Source of the DNA: Dehalococcoidia bacterium | Lineage (GTDB): Bacteria; Chloroflexota; Dehalococcoidia; SZUA-161; SpSt-899 | Direction of reading: 5' to 3' | NCBI GenBank assembly: GCA_046484125.1 | Contig: JAWOBX010000049.1 | Location: 4,437-68,436, forward strand | DNA length: 64,000 nt | Shown: piece after piece, positions 29,569 to 39,665 of the stretch | Layout: each line of letters starts with the position of its first letter | Position numbering within the stretch: position 1 is the first letter of the stretch | Made by a program: the position numbers and the translations under genes | Notes under the pieces: generated by a model | What the model was told of the DNA's origin: nothing | The model's input: only the letters and a program-made list of their open reading frames with translations | Databases searched by the model: none

Positions 29569-30162
29569 CTATTTCCATGAACTGCGAACTTGATCCAGCC
29601 ATAGGTTAAGCTCTTCATAGAAGGCCAGGCGGTCTTCCCCTTCCGGTGCACTCATGGTAGCAGCTTCAACAGGATGAAAAACCTGCTCTTCTCCCGCTGG
29701 TTTTATGGGTAAAGATGTATTGCTCACTCCATCCCATTCCTTATTTACCGGAAGTCCGAGTCTCTCAAGAGGCGGATCGACCGTGGCGTCGATAAGGACG
29801 AAATCGCCATTGACCTCCGCGCGGCACGCGAGATGGTGACTCAACGGAAGCTTCATAGCCAGAGACCTCAGCCTCTCAGGCATATCTATTTCAAGGTCCG
29901 CCCAGTTAAAAGGAAAGACCGAATAAAGCACTGTCATACCCAGCCTCTCATACATGCCGGCCATAAGGAAGTGCTTTGGTGTGCATGAGCCCTTCCAGTA
30001 TCTCAGGATGTCTGCATACGTCTCATGGCTGACAAGTTCGGGAATGACCGCGTACGGAATATCCCTGATGCTCTCGAAAATCTTGATTCTGGCCTCAATC
30101 GCTGTTTTCCCCACGGACCATTCCCGGAATTTCCGGTTGACCAGTTCCGACTGCATTGTCAT
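29569..30162 (-). CDS. Hypothetical protein, possibly transglutaminase-like (Cys/His/Asp) fold
   Basis: 197 aa; candidate catalytic GSCTPKHF ... HHLACRAEVNGDFVLIDA. Weak assignment. Confidence 0.3.
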   Translation of the reverse strand: MTMQSELVNRKFREWSVGKTAIEARIKIFESIRDIPYAVIPELVSHETYADILRYWKGSCTPKHFLMAGMYERLGMTVLYSVFPFNWADLEIDMPERLRSLAMKLPLSHHLACRAEVNGDFVLIDATVDPPLERLGLPVNKEWDGVSNTSLPIKPAGEEQVFHPVEAATMSAPEGEDRLAFYEELNLWLDQVRSSWK

Positions 30163-30566
30163 CCCTCGAGTTCATTAAGTCCTGTATATTTGTCCAGGTA
30201 CCGGCTCAGTTGAAAATCAAGCTCTCCTATCATAACTTCGGCTGTGGAGAATACCTCCGCCTCCACCAGATGCCCTCCGGAACAGCCCTTATCGCTGGCG
30301 AGCTGTATGTGAATATGGAGTATTCGTTCGCCATTCTTCAACGCCACGGAACCCTGCGCGCATACTATTTCCAGTGGACCTTCGTACCGATGCGATTCAT
30401 ATTTCCCCGGCAACTGCTTCAGGTAGTTTAGCGTAGCGCTATTTACCGAGCCTATTATGCCGATAATAATCCCTGATGTAATCTCCCGAGACGTGCAGAA
30501 GTGTTCTATTCCCTCGACTATGTCAACCCCTGGTTGTATTCTGAATACGTGTATATTCTTGAACAT
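30159..30566 (-). CDS. PPC-domain (DUF296) protein
   Basis: 135 aa; start resembles DUF296 consensus (FRIQPGVDIVEGIEHF...SGIIIGIIGS). Confidence 0.55.
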   Translation of the reverse strand: MFKNIHVFRIQPGVDIVEGIEHFCTSREITSGIIIGIIGSVNSATLNYLKQLPGKYESHRYEGPLEIVCAQGSVALKNGERILHIHIQLASDKGCSGGHLVEAEVFSTAEVMIGELDFQLSRYLDKYTGLNELEG

Positions 30567-30591
30567 TAAAACAAATATCCGATTTCATCAT

Positions 30592-30777
30592 TTACGGAAA
30601 ACAGCCAAGCTGACAAGCCGCGATCTTTACATCCATCTCGTTGGCGGCATCCCCGATTCTCCGGGGGTTGATACCCATATCCTGCGCGATCTTAAAGGCA
30701 ACCGGGCAGAGCAACTTGCCGTCCACCAGTGATGAACTTATTTTTTCTTTAATTTCCTCATCTGAGACCGTACTCAT
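30592..30777 (-). CDS. Small Cys-containing hypothetical protein (61 aa)
   Basis: LCPVAFKIAQDMGI ... KIAACQLGCF; family not recognised. Confidence 0.35.
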   Translation of the reverse strand: MSTVSDEEIKEKISSSLVDGKLLCPVAFKIAQDMGINPRRIGDAANEMDVKIAACQLGCFP

Positions 30778-30783
30778 ATTTTA

Positions 30784-31569
30784 TCATCCTCCCTTAAAGA
30801 TAAACCGTTTTATCGATTCGAAGTAAACATCCTTACCGACCAGCATTATATCATTATGCCCGGCATTCGGAACGATGACCAGCCGCTTCTGGTCAGTACC
30901 GATATGATTGTAAATCACTTCAGACTCATCAGGGGAGATCAGCGTATCCCGCTCGCCATGAATCAATAATGCCGGCATCGTGATCGTACTCAACAGTTCA
31001 AGGTTCTTCTTCTCGAACTCTTCCATGCCGGGTATAACAAGAGGCAATCCTATCTGGCCGAGTAAACGGCGGTTCTGAGTAAATCCGCTCTCCAGTATGA
31101 GGCCACTCATCCTCTCAGGATAGTTCGCAGCCAGTTCGATAGCCGACTGGCTGCCCAGTGAACGCCCCATTACGAACTTGTTGCTGGTGTAGCCACCGGA
31201 AAGGAGCATTTCTTCGAAATAATCCAAAATCAAATGAGCGTCTGAGGCGGCACTGGAAAACGCTGGAGTACCATTGCTTCTTCCATACCCACGATAGTCC
31301 GCCACGAAAAGGTTTATTCCGATCTGGTTGTAAAGCGGAGCGATCCAGTCATAGTCACTCGCCACTTCCCCGTTTCCGTGAAAATACAGGATCGACGGGG
31401 AATGCTGGCCGATGGGATAAAATCGGCAGGATATGGAGAGATCCTCCCAGACTGGCACAAAATGATCGACCACTCCGGCGGGACTCGGGGTCCAGTCCTG
31501 CCGCGGGAAGAACACAAATTGAATCAGGGAAGGATCGTCCAGTATGGAGTAGTCAAGTTGATCGGCCAC
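30784..31569 (-). CDS. Alpha/beta-fold hydrolase
   Basis: Nucleophile elbow GRSLGS; HGNGE oxyanion region; 261 aa. Confidence 0.75.
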   Translation of the reverse strand: MADQLDYSILDDPSLIQFVFFPRQDWTPSPAGVVDHFVPVWEDLSISCRFYPIGQHSPSILYFHGNGEVASDYDWIAPLYNQIGINLFVADYRGYGRSNGTPAFSSAASDAHLILDYFEEMLLSGGYTSNKFVMGRSLGSQSAIELAANYPERMSGLILESGFTQNRRLLGQIGLPLVIPGMEEFEKKNLELLSTITMPALLIHGERDTLISPDESEVIYNHIGTDQKRLVIVPNAGHNDIMLVGKDVYFESIKRFIFKGG

Positions 31570-31633
31570 GGACTTATATTATCATATCAATCGGCAGGCA
31601 TACTACAGGAGACCAGCCGCTGTATTGCTGGGA

Positions 31634-31897
31634 CTAATCCGCGCGCCTGAGTTCGAACACAACAGGGTTCTCAGGATCCGGGCAAGCTACCGTGGTCCTG
31701 CCTTGTTCGTTCTCCCAGGGGAATGAGCATCCCATTTGCAGCACCGTCGCGAAGGGGAACAGGGCACAGAAGGCCCAGGAACACATATCCGCCGGTGTAA
31801 CTTGCCCGATGATGAATCGATCACCGACTTTATGGCCGGCCGAACATGTACCCTGCTGGGATATTACTATGGCTAATACGTCACGCATCTCTTCCAT
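31634..31897 (-). CDS. TIGR04076-family small cysteine-rich protein
   Basis: CSAGHKVGD ... FPWENEQG ... CPDPENPVVFEL matches the family signature as I remember it. Confidence 0.65.
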   Translation of the reverse strand: MEEMRDVLAIVISQQGTCSAGHKVGDRFIIGQVTPADMCSWAFCALFPFATVLQMGCSFPWENEQGRTTVACPDPENPVVFELRRAD

Positions 31898-31905
31898 AGA
31901 AATCC

Positions 31906-33171
31906 TCAGACTTTGAACTCATTCAATTTTCCAAAATCGAGCGTGGCAAAATAATCCTCGATGGTTTCAGGCCTTCGGATCCGGACCACATCGCCGTTCT
32001 CCCTGAGAAGCAACTCAGCCGACCTCAGCTTGCCATTGTAGTTGAATCCCATGGCGTAACCGTGCGCCCCGGTATCGTGAATTACTATCAGGTCGCCGGG
32101 TTCCAGTTCGGGAAGCGGTCGATCAATGGCGAACTTGTCTATGTTCTCACAGAGAGAACCGGTAACATCGTAAAACCTGTCATGGGGAAGGTCTTCCTTA
32201 CCCATGACCGTTATGTGATGATACGCCCCATAAATGGCCGGTCTCATGAGATCGGCCATCGTAGCATCAAGTCCGGCGAAATTCTTATAGGTACTCTTTA
32301 CGTGACGCACGCGGGAAACGAGATATCCATAGGGTCCTGTGACCATTCGACCGCATTCCATGAATATTTTCACAGGCGCCAGTCCGTTTGCCTCAATGAT
32401 CCCCTCATATCGCTGTTTTATTCCCTCGCTCACGGCGTTGAGGTCAACCGGCTGCTCCTCAGGCCTGTAGGGTATGCCTATACCACCACCGATATTCACG
32501 AACTCAAAACCAATCCCAAGTTCTCGTGCAATATCGACAACCAGATTGAAAAGTATCTCAGCCGTCTCCACGAAATAATCCCGATCAAGTTCATTGGAGG
32601 CGACCATGGCGTGAAGGCCGAATCGCGTGACGCCCCTGTCACGAGCCTGACGATACCCGTCGAACAGCTGTTCCCTGGTGAATCCGTACTTGGCTTCCTC
32701 GGGTTTACCAATGATCACATTCCCTCTCTTTAAAGAGCCGGGATTGTACCTCATACAGAGAATTTCGGGCAGTCCAGCGTGTTTTTCCAGGTAGCTGAGG
32801 TGTGTTATATCGTCCAGATTTATTATGGCTCCAAGTTGCCTGGCTTTAATAAACTCCTCTGCCGGGGTATCATTGGAGCTGAACATTATCTGCTCACCCG
32901 TGATGCCGGTCCTCTCAGCCAGTATCAATTCCGGAAGAGAGCTGCAATCGGCGCCAAATCCCTCAGCTTTGAGAATTTTCATCAGGAAGGGATTAGGAGT
33001 TGCCTTCACGGCGAAGAACTCTTCAAATCCCTGGTTCCAGTTAAAAGCCTTTTTCAAGTAACCGGCATTCTCCCTGATAGCCTTCTCATCATAAATGTGA
33101 AAAGGCGAGGGATACTGTGCAAGTATATCTTCAAGTTGCTGGTGTGAAAATGGAACTTTTTTTTCTACCAC
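31906..33171 (-). CDS. PLP-dependent decarboxylase of the Orn/DAP/Arg decarboxylase (alanine-racemase-fold) family; LysA-like
   Basis: 421 aa; FAVKATPNP PLP-lysine region; C-terminal CENID...GAHGYAMGFNYN. Confidence 0.6.
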   Translation of the reverse strand: MVEKKVPFSHQQLEDILAQYPSPFHIYDEKAIRENAGYLKKAFNWNQGFEEFFAVKATPNPFLMKILKAEGFGADCSSLPELILAERTGITGEQIMFSSNDTPAEEFIKARQLGAIINLDDITHLSYLEKHAGLPEILCMRYNPGSLKRGNVIIGKPEEAKYGFTREQLFDGYRQARDRGVTRFGLHAMVASNELDRDYFVETAEILFNLVVDIARELGIGFEFVNIGGGIGIPYRPEEQPVDLNAVSEGIKQRYEGIIEANGLAPVKIFMECGRMVTGPYGYLVSRVRHVKSTYKNFAGLDATMADLMRPAIYGAYHHITVMGKEDLPHDRFYDVTGSLCENIDKFAIDRPLPELEPGDLIVIHDTGAHGYAMGFNYNGKLRSAELLLRENGDVVRIRRPETIEDYFATLDFGKLNEFKV

Positions 33172-33342
33172 TTTTTATCCCTTACTCTGATCGTCAGTTG
33201 AATTAAGGAACCTCTGATCAACCCCCTTAAGTCCCACAGTCTCGGTCAACATATGATACATAAGTGAGAACGTATCAGTCAATCAAAATGGGTATATTAA
33301 TGACCGCAGGTAAAGCATTATTAGAGATTTGAGCGCTTGAAG

Positions 33343-34338
33343 TTAAGTTCCCAGCACCCTCGTTGCCGCCTCCTGGAATTCGTTGAACACCTCAGAATCA
33401 TATTTCTCTATCTCGCCCTTATCCGACAGGGTTGCCAGTTGTGGATCAAGCGGGATTTGCCCCAGTATCGGTGCGCCTGTCCTTGAAGCCATCTCTCCTA
33501 CCCTGCTCGGCCCGAATATCTCTACCTTGTTGCCGGTCTCCGGTACCAGGAAATAGCTCATATTTTCGACCAGGCCCAGTACAGGCACGCTCATTTGATT
33601 GGCCATATTTACCGCCTTACGTACAACCATCGCGGCCAAATCCTGGGGACTCATAGCTATTATCACGCCGGATAGAGGCAATGATTGCATCACGGTCAGG
33701 GGCACGTCAGCGGTTCCGGGCGGTAAATCCACTATAAGATAGTCAAGTTTACCCCAGAGCACATCCTCCCAGAACTGCGTGACTGATTTCCCAACCAGCG
33801 GCCCTCTCCAGATAACGGCATCATCCTCATTGGGAAGCAGGAGGTTTATCGACATGATCTCAATACCGCTTTTAGATGTAACAGGCAGGAGACCGTTATC
33901 ACTTCCACCTGGGCGTCCGTTAATACCGAACATCTTTGGTATGCTTGGCCCGGTGACGTCCGCATCAAGTATGCCCACGGCCTTTCCCTGTCTCCTCATA
34001 GCAATCGCGAGTAGAGCCGTAACCAGTGACTTGCCTACCCCTCCCTTCCCGCTCATCACCGCCACAACCTTATTGACTTTGTTGATATCCTTTGGAGTGG
34101 CCTGTTCAAAATCCACCGCGACCGCGTCGACACCCTCCAGGCCGGTCAGATTGTTTTGAATCTCGTTGCGCAGCCATTCCTGCACGTCAGAAGCCAGCGC
34201 GGCATCGGAGAGCGTTATCTTCATGCGGTTTTCCTTTATCTCAATGCTGCGCAGCAAATTCAACTGAGTAACACTGCGCAATACCGCTGGCACAAGTATT
34301 TCTTCCAGCTTCTGTTCGACCTGTTCTTTCGTAGCCAT
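33343..34338 (-). CDS. apbC: Mrp/ApbC-type Fe-S cluster carrier ATPase with N-terminal DUF59-like domain
   Basis: MSGKGGVGKS deviant Walker A; CxxC dimer-bridging motif region; start set at MATKEQ. Confidence 0.8.
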   Translation of the reverse strand: MATKEQVEQKLEEILVPAVLRSVTQLNLLRSIEIKENRMKITLSDAALASDVQEWLRNEIQNNLTGLEGVDAVAVDFEQATPKDINKVNKVVAVMSGKGGVGKSLVTALLAIAMRRQGKAVGILDADVTGPSIPKMFGINGRPGGSDNGLLPVTSKSGIEIMSINLLLPNEDDAVIWRGPLVGKSVTQFWEDVLWGKLDYLIVDLPPGTADVPLTVMQSLPLSGVIIAMSPQDLAAMVVRKAVNMANQMSVPVLGLVENMSYFLVPETGNKVEIFGPSRVGEMASRTGAPILGQIPLDPQLATLSDKGEIEKYDSEVFNEFQEAATRVLGT

Positions 34339-34434
34339 TAGTTGATCCTCCTCATTTCTTTGAAAATATTTTATAGTAACCCTTATCAATCCCTTTTTAA
34401 TTACCCGAACACTCTTTCTCGATCCCCGGTTCTA

Positions 34435-35024
34435 CTACGTGAGTTTCCTTAGTAAAGCAAAGATCTCCTCCACCTGTTGCCTCGTATTCTGGAAAGATCC
34501 ATCGTTATCGATTACATAATCAGCGTATTTCGATTTCTCCTTAATCGGCATCTGGACCTCGATTACCCGCTCGGCATCCTCTTCAGCCAACCCCCTGGCT
34601 TTCAACCGCTCAATCCTGTTCCTTCTGCTTGCTGAAACCACTACCACCTTATCCACTGTCGTGTGAATTCCGGTTTCTATCAACAGGGGCACGTCTTTTA
34701 TTACTATCGCCTCCGGATCAGTCTCGGCTATTTCTATCAACCTCCTGTCGGCCTCATCGAATATGGCGGGATGAGTTATGCGATTGAGAGTGTTCAGCTT
34801 TTCTGGATTTCTGAACACCATCTCACCCAGTTTTTCCCTGTTTAGAGTCGAATCCTGGCTCAATATCTCTTCGCCTAATTCCTCAACAAGCCTCGACCAG
34901 GCCGGTTTCCCCGGTTCCACCACCTCCCTCGCCAGTAAATCATAATCAATTATGTAAGCCCCCAGATCTCTGAATATTCCCGATACCGTGCTTTTGCCAG
35001 ACCCAATGCCGCCCGTCAAACCGA
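34435..35024 (-). CDS. coaE: Dephospho-CoA kinase
   Basis: GLTGGIGSGKST P-loop; start moved to GTG 35024 (GGAGG 6 nt upstream), which removes the overlap with the upstream ORF. Confidence 0.8.
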
Positions 35025-35030
35025 CTACTA

Positions 35031-35303
35031 TCACAGGACCTCCATCCGATGCGCGGCTCCACCCGACTCCCACCACAACATAAACCGTACGGTTTTGCCC
35101 TCTACCAGGCAGGGCTCGTATTCGCTCCGAAGTTTATTGAAATCGTTTGTCTCTAGAAAGGATTTCAATATCTCGAGTCTTTCGGCCAGATCCGGATCCT
35201 CCTCTCCGATCTCCAGCAACTGTCTCATAACCCGCTCGTATTCCCTCCTGGCACGGGTTTGTACGCACTGGGAAAGATCCGGCTCGAGTTCAATTTCCGT
35301 CAT
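35031..35303 (-). CDS. Hypothetical protein (90 aa)
   Basis: In-operon position; no family recognised. Confidence 0.4.
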   Translation of the reverse strand: MTEIELEPDLSQCVQTRARREYERVMRQLLEIGEEDPDLAERLEILKSFLETNDFNKLRSEYEPCLVEGKTVRFMLWWESGGAAHRMEVL

Positions 35304-36127
35304 GGCAATGTCAGCACTGTCCCGGAGTTATTCAGGAAGAATCTGTCGGGGAACTCCCCGGCAAGCCAGCACGAGGCATTGAAACCTGTACAATGTGATA
35401 CCCCTATTTTCTCAACTCCTATCTCACGCAGGTCCGCCGTTGTTCTTACCAGCCTCTCTTCATCGGCGGATATAAGATGCGTACCGCCCAGTACGCAGTA
35501 AACCTTTTCCTCGCCGGTGATATTTTGCATGTGCCGAATGGTGTTGATCATACCTCTGTGACCACACCCGAGTATAACTATGAGGCCCTTTTCGCTCTTT
35601 ATACCGAGGGCGAGGTCATCCATTAGCTGATCCGGAGTGAAACTTCCGTTATCTTTGACATACATCCCGGCATCGATTCTCTCATAGTCGTTCTCCATGG
35701 GGATCTCCCCGCTGGTGACCATGAGGTCAGTAAGCCAAAGCGGTTCCCTGGTCAGTTGAAACTTCGCCCCCATACCCTCCAGTTCCTCCCGGTGGAAAGG
35801 TATTCCGATATAGCGCTGGATTTCCCCATAAACCGCATACTTTAAATCCCACATATCGGGGTGGGCGATTATTTCGATTTCGCCCGTTTGCGCCAGTACG
35901 CTGACAAGTCCACCGGTGTGATCGTAGTGACCGTGACTGAGAATAAGTTTATTCACCCGGGCGAGGTCTATCCCCAGCAATTGCGCGTTATGCGCCGCTG
36001 AGATTCCCTGCCCGGTATCCAGCAAAAACATGCTTCCATTCAGTTCAATCAATACACTGAGGCCCCATTCAGCCAGCACGGCCGGATTAGCTGTATTCTC
36101 ACTTAAGGTTGTTACTCTAATTTCCAT
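35300..36127 (-). CDS. MBL-fold metallo-hydrolase
   Basis: HGHYDHTGG motif. Confidence 0.75.
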   Translation of the reverse strand: MEIRVTTLSENTANPAVLAEWGLSVLIELNGSMFLLDTGQGISAAHNAQLLGIDLARVNKLILSHGHYDHTGGLVSVLAQTGEIEIIAHPDMWDLKYAVYGEIQRYIGIPFHREELEGMGAKFQLTREPLWLTDLMVTSGEIPMENDYERIDAGMYVKDNGSFTPDQLMDDLALGIKSEKGLIVILGCGHRGMINTIRHMQNITGEEKVYCVLGGTHLISADEERLVRTTADLREIGVEKIGVSHCTGFNASCWLAGEFPDRFFLNNSGTVLTLP

Positions 36128-36129
36128 AG

Positions 36130-36684
36130 CTAATCGCCTCCATTGAGCTCAGCCTGACTTGCCTTTCGTTCCGCTTCGTCAATTGAACCGTACCCAATCC
36201 TCTCGAAAAGCCAGTCGAAACGCTCCTTGGCAAGATTCCTGCCGTCCTTTTCCGCTTCGAGCACATCGCGTAAATACAAATCGAGGGTTCCATCCGAATA
36301 TGTTTCCAGCTCGCTGGCCAGATAAACCCTGAATGCCGGTCCCCCCTTGATTACCCGGGAATAACGCTCGGCAAGTTCTTTCATCCACCTTTCCTCGACA
36401 GTGGCGATGATTTCGATTGCCGGGTTTTCTTTGATGGGAGGTATTTGCCGGTCAATTCTGGCATATTTCAATGTCAATAGATTCCTGCCTTCGTCTCGGG
36501 CGTTGTGCAGATCGCTCAGGTATGATCCCAGCGTCTCTGTGCTGAGTACCGAATGTGTCATGGATCGCATGGATCTGAAGGTTTCGGGGTTTTCTTTGCA
36601 ACGGGCTGGCTCTGATGTTCTCACGTGATTGAACATATCCAGTTCAAGCTCAACTATCTCTTTCAAAAGCTCTTCCCGGTTCAT
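36130..36684 (-). CDS. DUF4125-like protein
   Basis: MNREELLKEIVELELDMF ... CKENPETFRSMR ... GRNLLTLKYARI matches my recollection of the DUF4125 consensus. Confidence 0.5.
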   Translation of the reverse strand: MNREELLKEIVELELDMFNHVRTSEPARCKENPETFRSMRSMTHSVLSTETLGSYLSDLHNARDEGRNLLTLKYARIDRQIPPIKENPAIEIIATVEERWMKELAERYSRVIKGGPAFRVYLASELETYSDGTLDLYLRDVLEAEKDGRNLAKERFDWLFERIGYGSIDEAERKASQAELNGGD

Positions 36685-37277
36685 TATCTATGGCTCCAGT
36701 TCATGCATGGATTCAGCTCATACATCGGTGAACCGGCGTGTAAAGAGCGCTGAGTAACCGGACTCATAATGCCGCATCTGACGAAATGATCCAGCGTGTC
36801 GTGCATATCCAGATCGATGCCGAGGTCCGTTTGCAGTACCTGCATTTCGCTGACCTTCATACGGTTATTCTTCGCCATCTTTATGACTGTATTCAGAAAG
36901 CTCACCGTCTGTTCGACATCCTGATTGCCCGCTTCTTTGAGAGCTTCTCTTATGGCATAATCACAGTCCCATAAGCCAGATTCTTCCGCTCGGAGAGCCA
37001 GTAATTTCACGACTCTGGGCAGATGATATCTTTCATTTTCCGCGAAGTTCAGTATTCTGTCCTCCCACGCTGAACCCCTGATCGATTTGACAGGAAGCAA
37101 TAACCTTTCCTCATACGCCAGAAGGATGATCTCGTCTTTCTGCTCAGGTACGATGCCGATATCATTGTAGCGAATGCCATCATCACGGACGCAACAGGAG
37201 AGAATCACCGCGATATTATGTGCCTCTTCCTGAGAGAAATAAGCGCTCAGAGCTCTGATAAGGTTAAAGCGGTCCAT
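36684..37277 (-). CDS. Hypothetical protein, paralog A of a tandem pair
   Basis: 197 aa; shares RLL(L/I)PV(K/R)..W(E/D)DR and C-terminal P(M/L)YE(L/F)NP with 37492-38127. Confidence 0.5.
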   Translation of the reverse strand: MDRFNLIRALSAYFSQEEAHNIAVILSCCVRDDGIRYNDIGIVPEQKDEIILLAYEERLLLPVKSIRGSAWEDRILNFAENERYHLPRVVKLLALRAEESGLWDCDYAIREALKEAGNQDVEQTVSFLNTVIKMAKNNRMKVSEMQVLQTDLGIDLDMHDTLDHFVRCGIMSPVTQRSLHAGSPMYELNPCMNWSHR

Positions 37278-37283
37278 TCCCTT

Positions 37284-37439
37284 CTAAGCGAGTCCGTCCG
37301 ACCCCCTCCTGAGCTTTTCCAGTTTCTCTTCCATTTCCTCCAGTTGCTCCAGCATACGGGGAGGCACTGAATGGGGCGGAATCCTGCTTCTGATCTCCTC
37401 AATGCGTTTAATTAATTCCTCTTCTGATTCTTCGCTCAT
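37284..37439 (-). CDS. Small ORF (51 aa), acidic and predicted helical, between the tandem paralogs
   Basis: Own translation: MSEESEEELIKRIEEIRSRIPPHSVPPRMLEQLEEMEEKLEKLRRGSDGLA. Below the ORF-track size cutoff. Confidence 0.3.
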   Translation of the reverse strand: MSEESEEELIKRIEEIRSRIPPHSVPPRMLEQLEEMEEKLEKLRRGSDGLA

Positions 37440-37491
37440 TTTCTCTCTCTACATCGTCATTGCGACGTGAGTTCGACTTATCCTGTTACGG

Positions 37492-38127
37492 TCAAAGCGT
37501 CCCACTGTCGCTGACATGAAGCCCAACCGTCGACTCAGCGAATACACTCGGATTGAACTCATAGAGAGGCGCTCCAAACTCTGATACCAGGGCAAGTGAC
37601 CCCAGTTTCGGACTGATTACTCCCGCGCCTTTCAGGATCGCTATCATGGTATCCGCCCTGTCCTTCAGACCGGCAGCATTACATGCCTTGCTTATTCCAG
37701 GCGCATCAATGGTATAGTTTGAACACATCTCCTTTATCCTCATTACCAGATCGGGCAGTTTATCCCAGTCACGCTCATGGCTCTGCTGGAAGTATATCTC
37801 TACGGCGAGGTGAGTGTTCCACTTACGGCTGGATATGGCTTCATCGACCAGAAAACATACGATATTCGGCATCTCGAATTCTTCTCCGGGTTCCAGCATA
37901 ATTACCCTGTCATCCCATTCTCCACACCTGGAGGTCCGCACCGGAATGAGAAGCCTCCATTGCCAGCCAGTCAGAATGATATCTTCAGCATTATCTCCGG
38001 CTATTTCCTCAACCCGACTATAATCAATTTTACCGGATTTTCGGGCGTATTCCATAATTTGGGATAGCATCCATGCCGTCTTCTCATCATGAACAAAGCA
38101 TTCTAACGCGTTGGCCAGATTATTCAC
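37492..38127 (-). CDS. Hypothetical protein, paralog B of a tandem pair
   Basis: 211 aa; see paralog A. Confidence 0.5.
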   Translation of the reverse strand: MNNLANALECFVHDEKTAWMLSQIMEYARKSGKIDYSRVEEIAGDNAEDIILTGWQWRLLIPVRTSRCGEWDDRVIMLEPGEEFEMPNIVCFLVDEAISSRKWNTHLAVEIYFQQSHERDWDKLPDLVMRIKEMCSNYTIDAPGISKACNAAGLKDRADTMIAILKGAGVISPKLGSLALVSEFGAPLYEFNPSVFAESTVGLHVSDSGTL

Positions 38128-38130
38128 TTT

Positions 38131-38433
38131 TTATGCCTGTTCCCGTTTCAGAGATTCAAGCTTGCCCTTTATACTGACTTCCCGGTCGCGGCGATCATCT
38201 ATTCGAATCAGGGTTTCAACTCGCATAACATCATCAGAAAAGGCGCTTTCATGCATCCTTCTGGCAACCTGCATCAGCCGGTCCAGGTCCCCTTCAATGA
38301 TGGTTCCCATTGCCGTGGACTCGTATTTCAGGTCAGGTTCTTCCTTCAAGACCTCTATCACGCGAGCCACGACCTTACTGACCGAGGGCGTTTTCGTACC
38401 AAGCGGAACCACTACAACTTCAACAACTGCCAT
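38131..38433 (-). CDS. MTH1187/YkoF-family (DUF77) small protein
   Basis: MAVVEVVVVPLGTKTPSVSKVVARVIE ... typical start of this family; 100 aa. Confidence 0.65.
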   Translation of the reverse strand: MAVVEVVVVPLGTKTPSVSKVVARVIEVLKEEPDLKYESTAMGTIIEGDLDRLMQVARRMHESAFSDDVMRVETLIRIDDRRDREVSIKGKLESLKREQA

Positions 38434-38696
38434 CTCTTCCCCTTTTCGACAATAGCATCATCCATGCTAACATTCAAATCACTCGCTGTAACCGTAACGT
38501 CCTTGTGATCAAATCGCGATAATACTCAAGTCAAGAGTCGATCCAGGATAACTCTGATCAATCTCTTTTACCCCCCCCGGGTTTGACCGCAGCCCACAAC
38601 GTATCCGCTGAACTACTTATCCTCTTTTGCATTCGCAGTCACTGGTTTTCCAATCCCTCCCCGCACCATAGAGAGAACTATAAAATCCCGCATATA

Positions 38697-39377
38697 TCAT
38701 CTCATCCACTCAGCGAGAGAGTCGATCGGCTCACGATCGCTCTTGAAACTATTGGCCGGGAAATCCCAATCCGGATAGCCGATATCCACAGCGACGATGA
38801 GCTTCTTTGAATCAGGAATGCCAAGCGCCTCTTTGAGTTCGTCCGGATAAAATACCGTATCCTGTTGTATACATGTGCCAAGGCCGTATTCGAGCGCTGC
38901 CAAAGCAATTGTCTGGGTGATTATCCCTATATCCAGTAGTGATATATGGTGGGCCTCGTTGTACATACCCTCATCCACACATACGATAATTGCGGCGGGA
39001 GCATCGAAGAATCGTTTTCCTCTAAACTGCCACTCCTTTCGTCTGTGCCTGTCATCGCGTTCAATACCCATTGCCCCGAAGAGTCCCCTGGCGAGATCAT
39101 TCTGACGGTCCACGTACGGGCTGGGGAGTTTATTGGGTGGCAGTGCCTTGAAATCCGGGCTGATGGGCGCACCTTCATTAAGTTTTTGCTCGTTTATCCT
39201 CTTTGACCGGGCGAGTGCATCCCCGTTGAGTACAATGAACTTCCAGGGCTGACAATTGGTTGCCGAAGGTGCCAGCCGTGCCAGATCAAGGACGGCTTTT
39301 ATAATCTCTTCCGGCACCGGCTCTGACTTAAATCCCCTGATGCTTCTCCGTTCTCTTATGGCATCTTTTATATCCAT
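38697..39377 (-). CDS. Nitroreductase-family flavoprotein
   Basis: RRSIRGF ... PSATNCQPW motifs. Confidence 0.8.
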   Translation of the reverse strand: MDIKDAIRERRSIRGFKSEPVPEEIIKAVLDLARLAPSATNCQPWKFIVLNGDALARSKRINEQKLNEGAPISPDFKALPPNKLPSPYVDRQNDLARGLFGAMGIERDDRHRRKEWQFRGKRFFDAPAAIIVCVDEGMYNEAHHISLLDIGIITQTIALAALEYGLGTCIQQDTVFYPDELKEALGIPDSKKLIVAVDIGYPDWDFPANSFKSDREPIDSLAEWMR

Positions 39378-39389
39378 TGGCCCCCTATA

Positions 39390-39665
39390 CTACCTCTTGA
39401 GTTTCCCAATGCGGTCGATGATTTTTTCCGTCTCAGCCCGCAAACCGTAGACTTCCTCAATAAGACGGGGCAGATCAACAGGCTCAGATTCGGCCGCCAG
39501 AATTGCGCCTTGAGTGCATACCGTCACACATAACCCGCACCCGTTGCACCTGGCCTGATCTATGCAAGCTACTCCCGATTCCAGCGAAATTGCGCCGCGA
39601 AAACAGGTCATGGCACATCTTCCACAGGCCTGGCAGAGATCTTTCCTTACCCTGAACCGCTTCAA
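39390..39665 (-). CDS. 4Fe-4S dicluster ferredoxin
   Basis: CQACGRC and CNGCGLCVTVC. Confidence 0.8.
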   Translation of the reverse strand: MKRFRVRKDLCQACGRCAMTCFRGAISLESGVACIDQARCNGCGLCVTVCTQGAILAAESEPVDLPRLIEEVYGLRAETEKIIDRIGKLKR

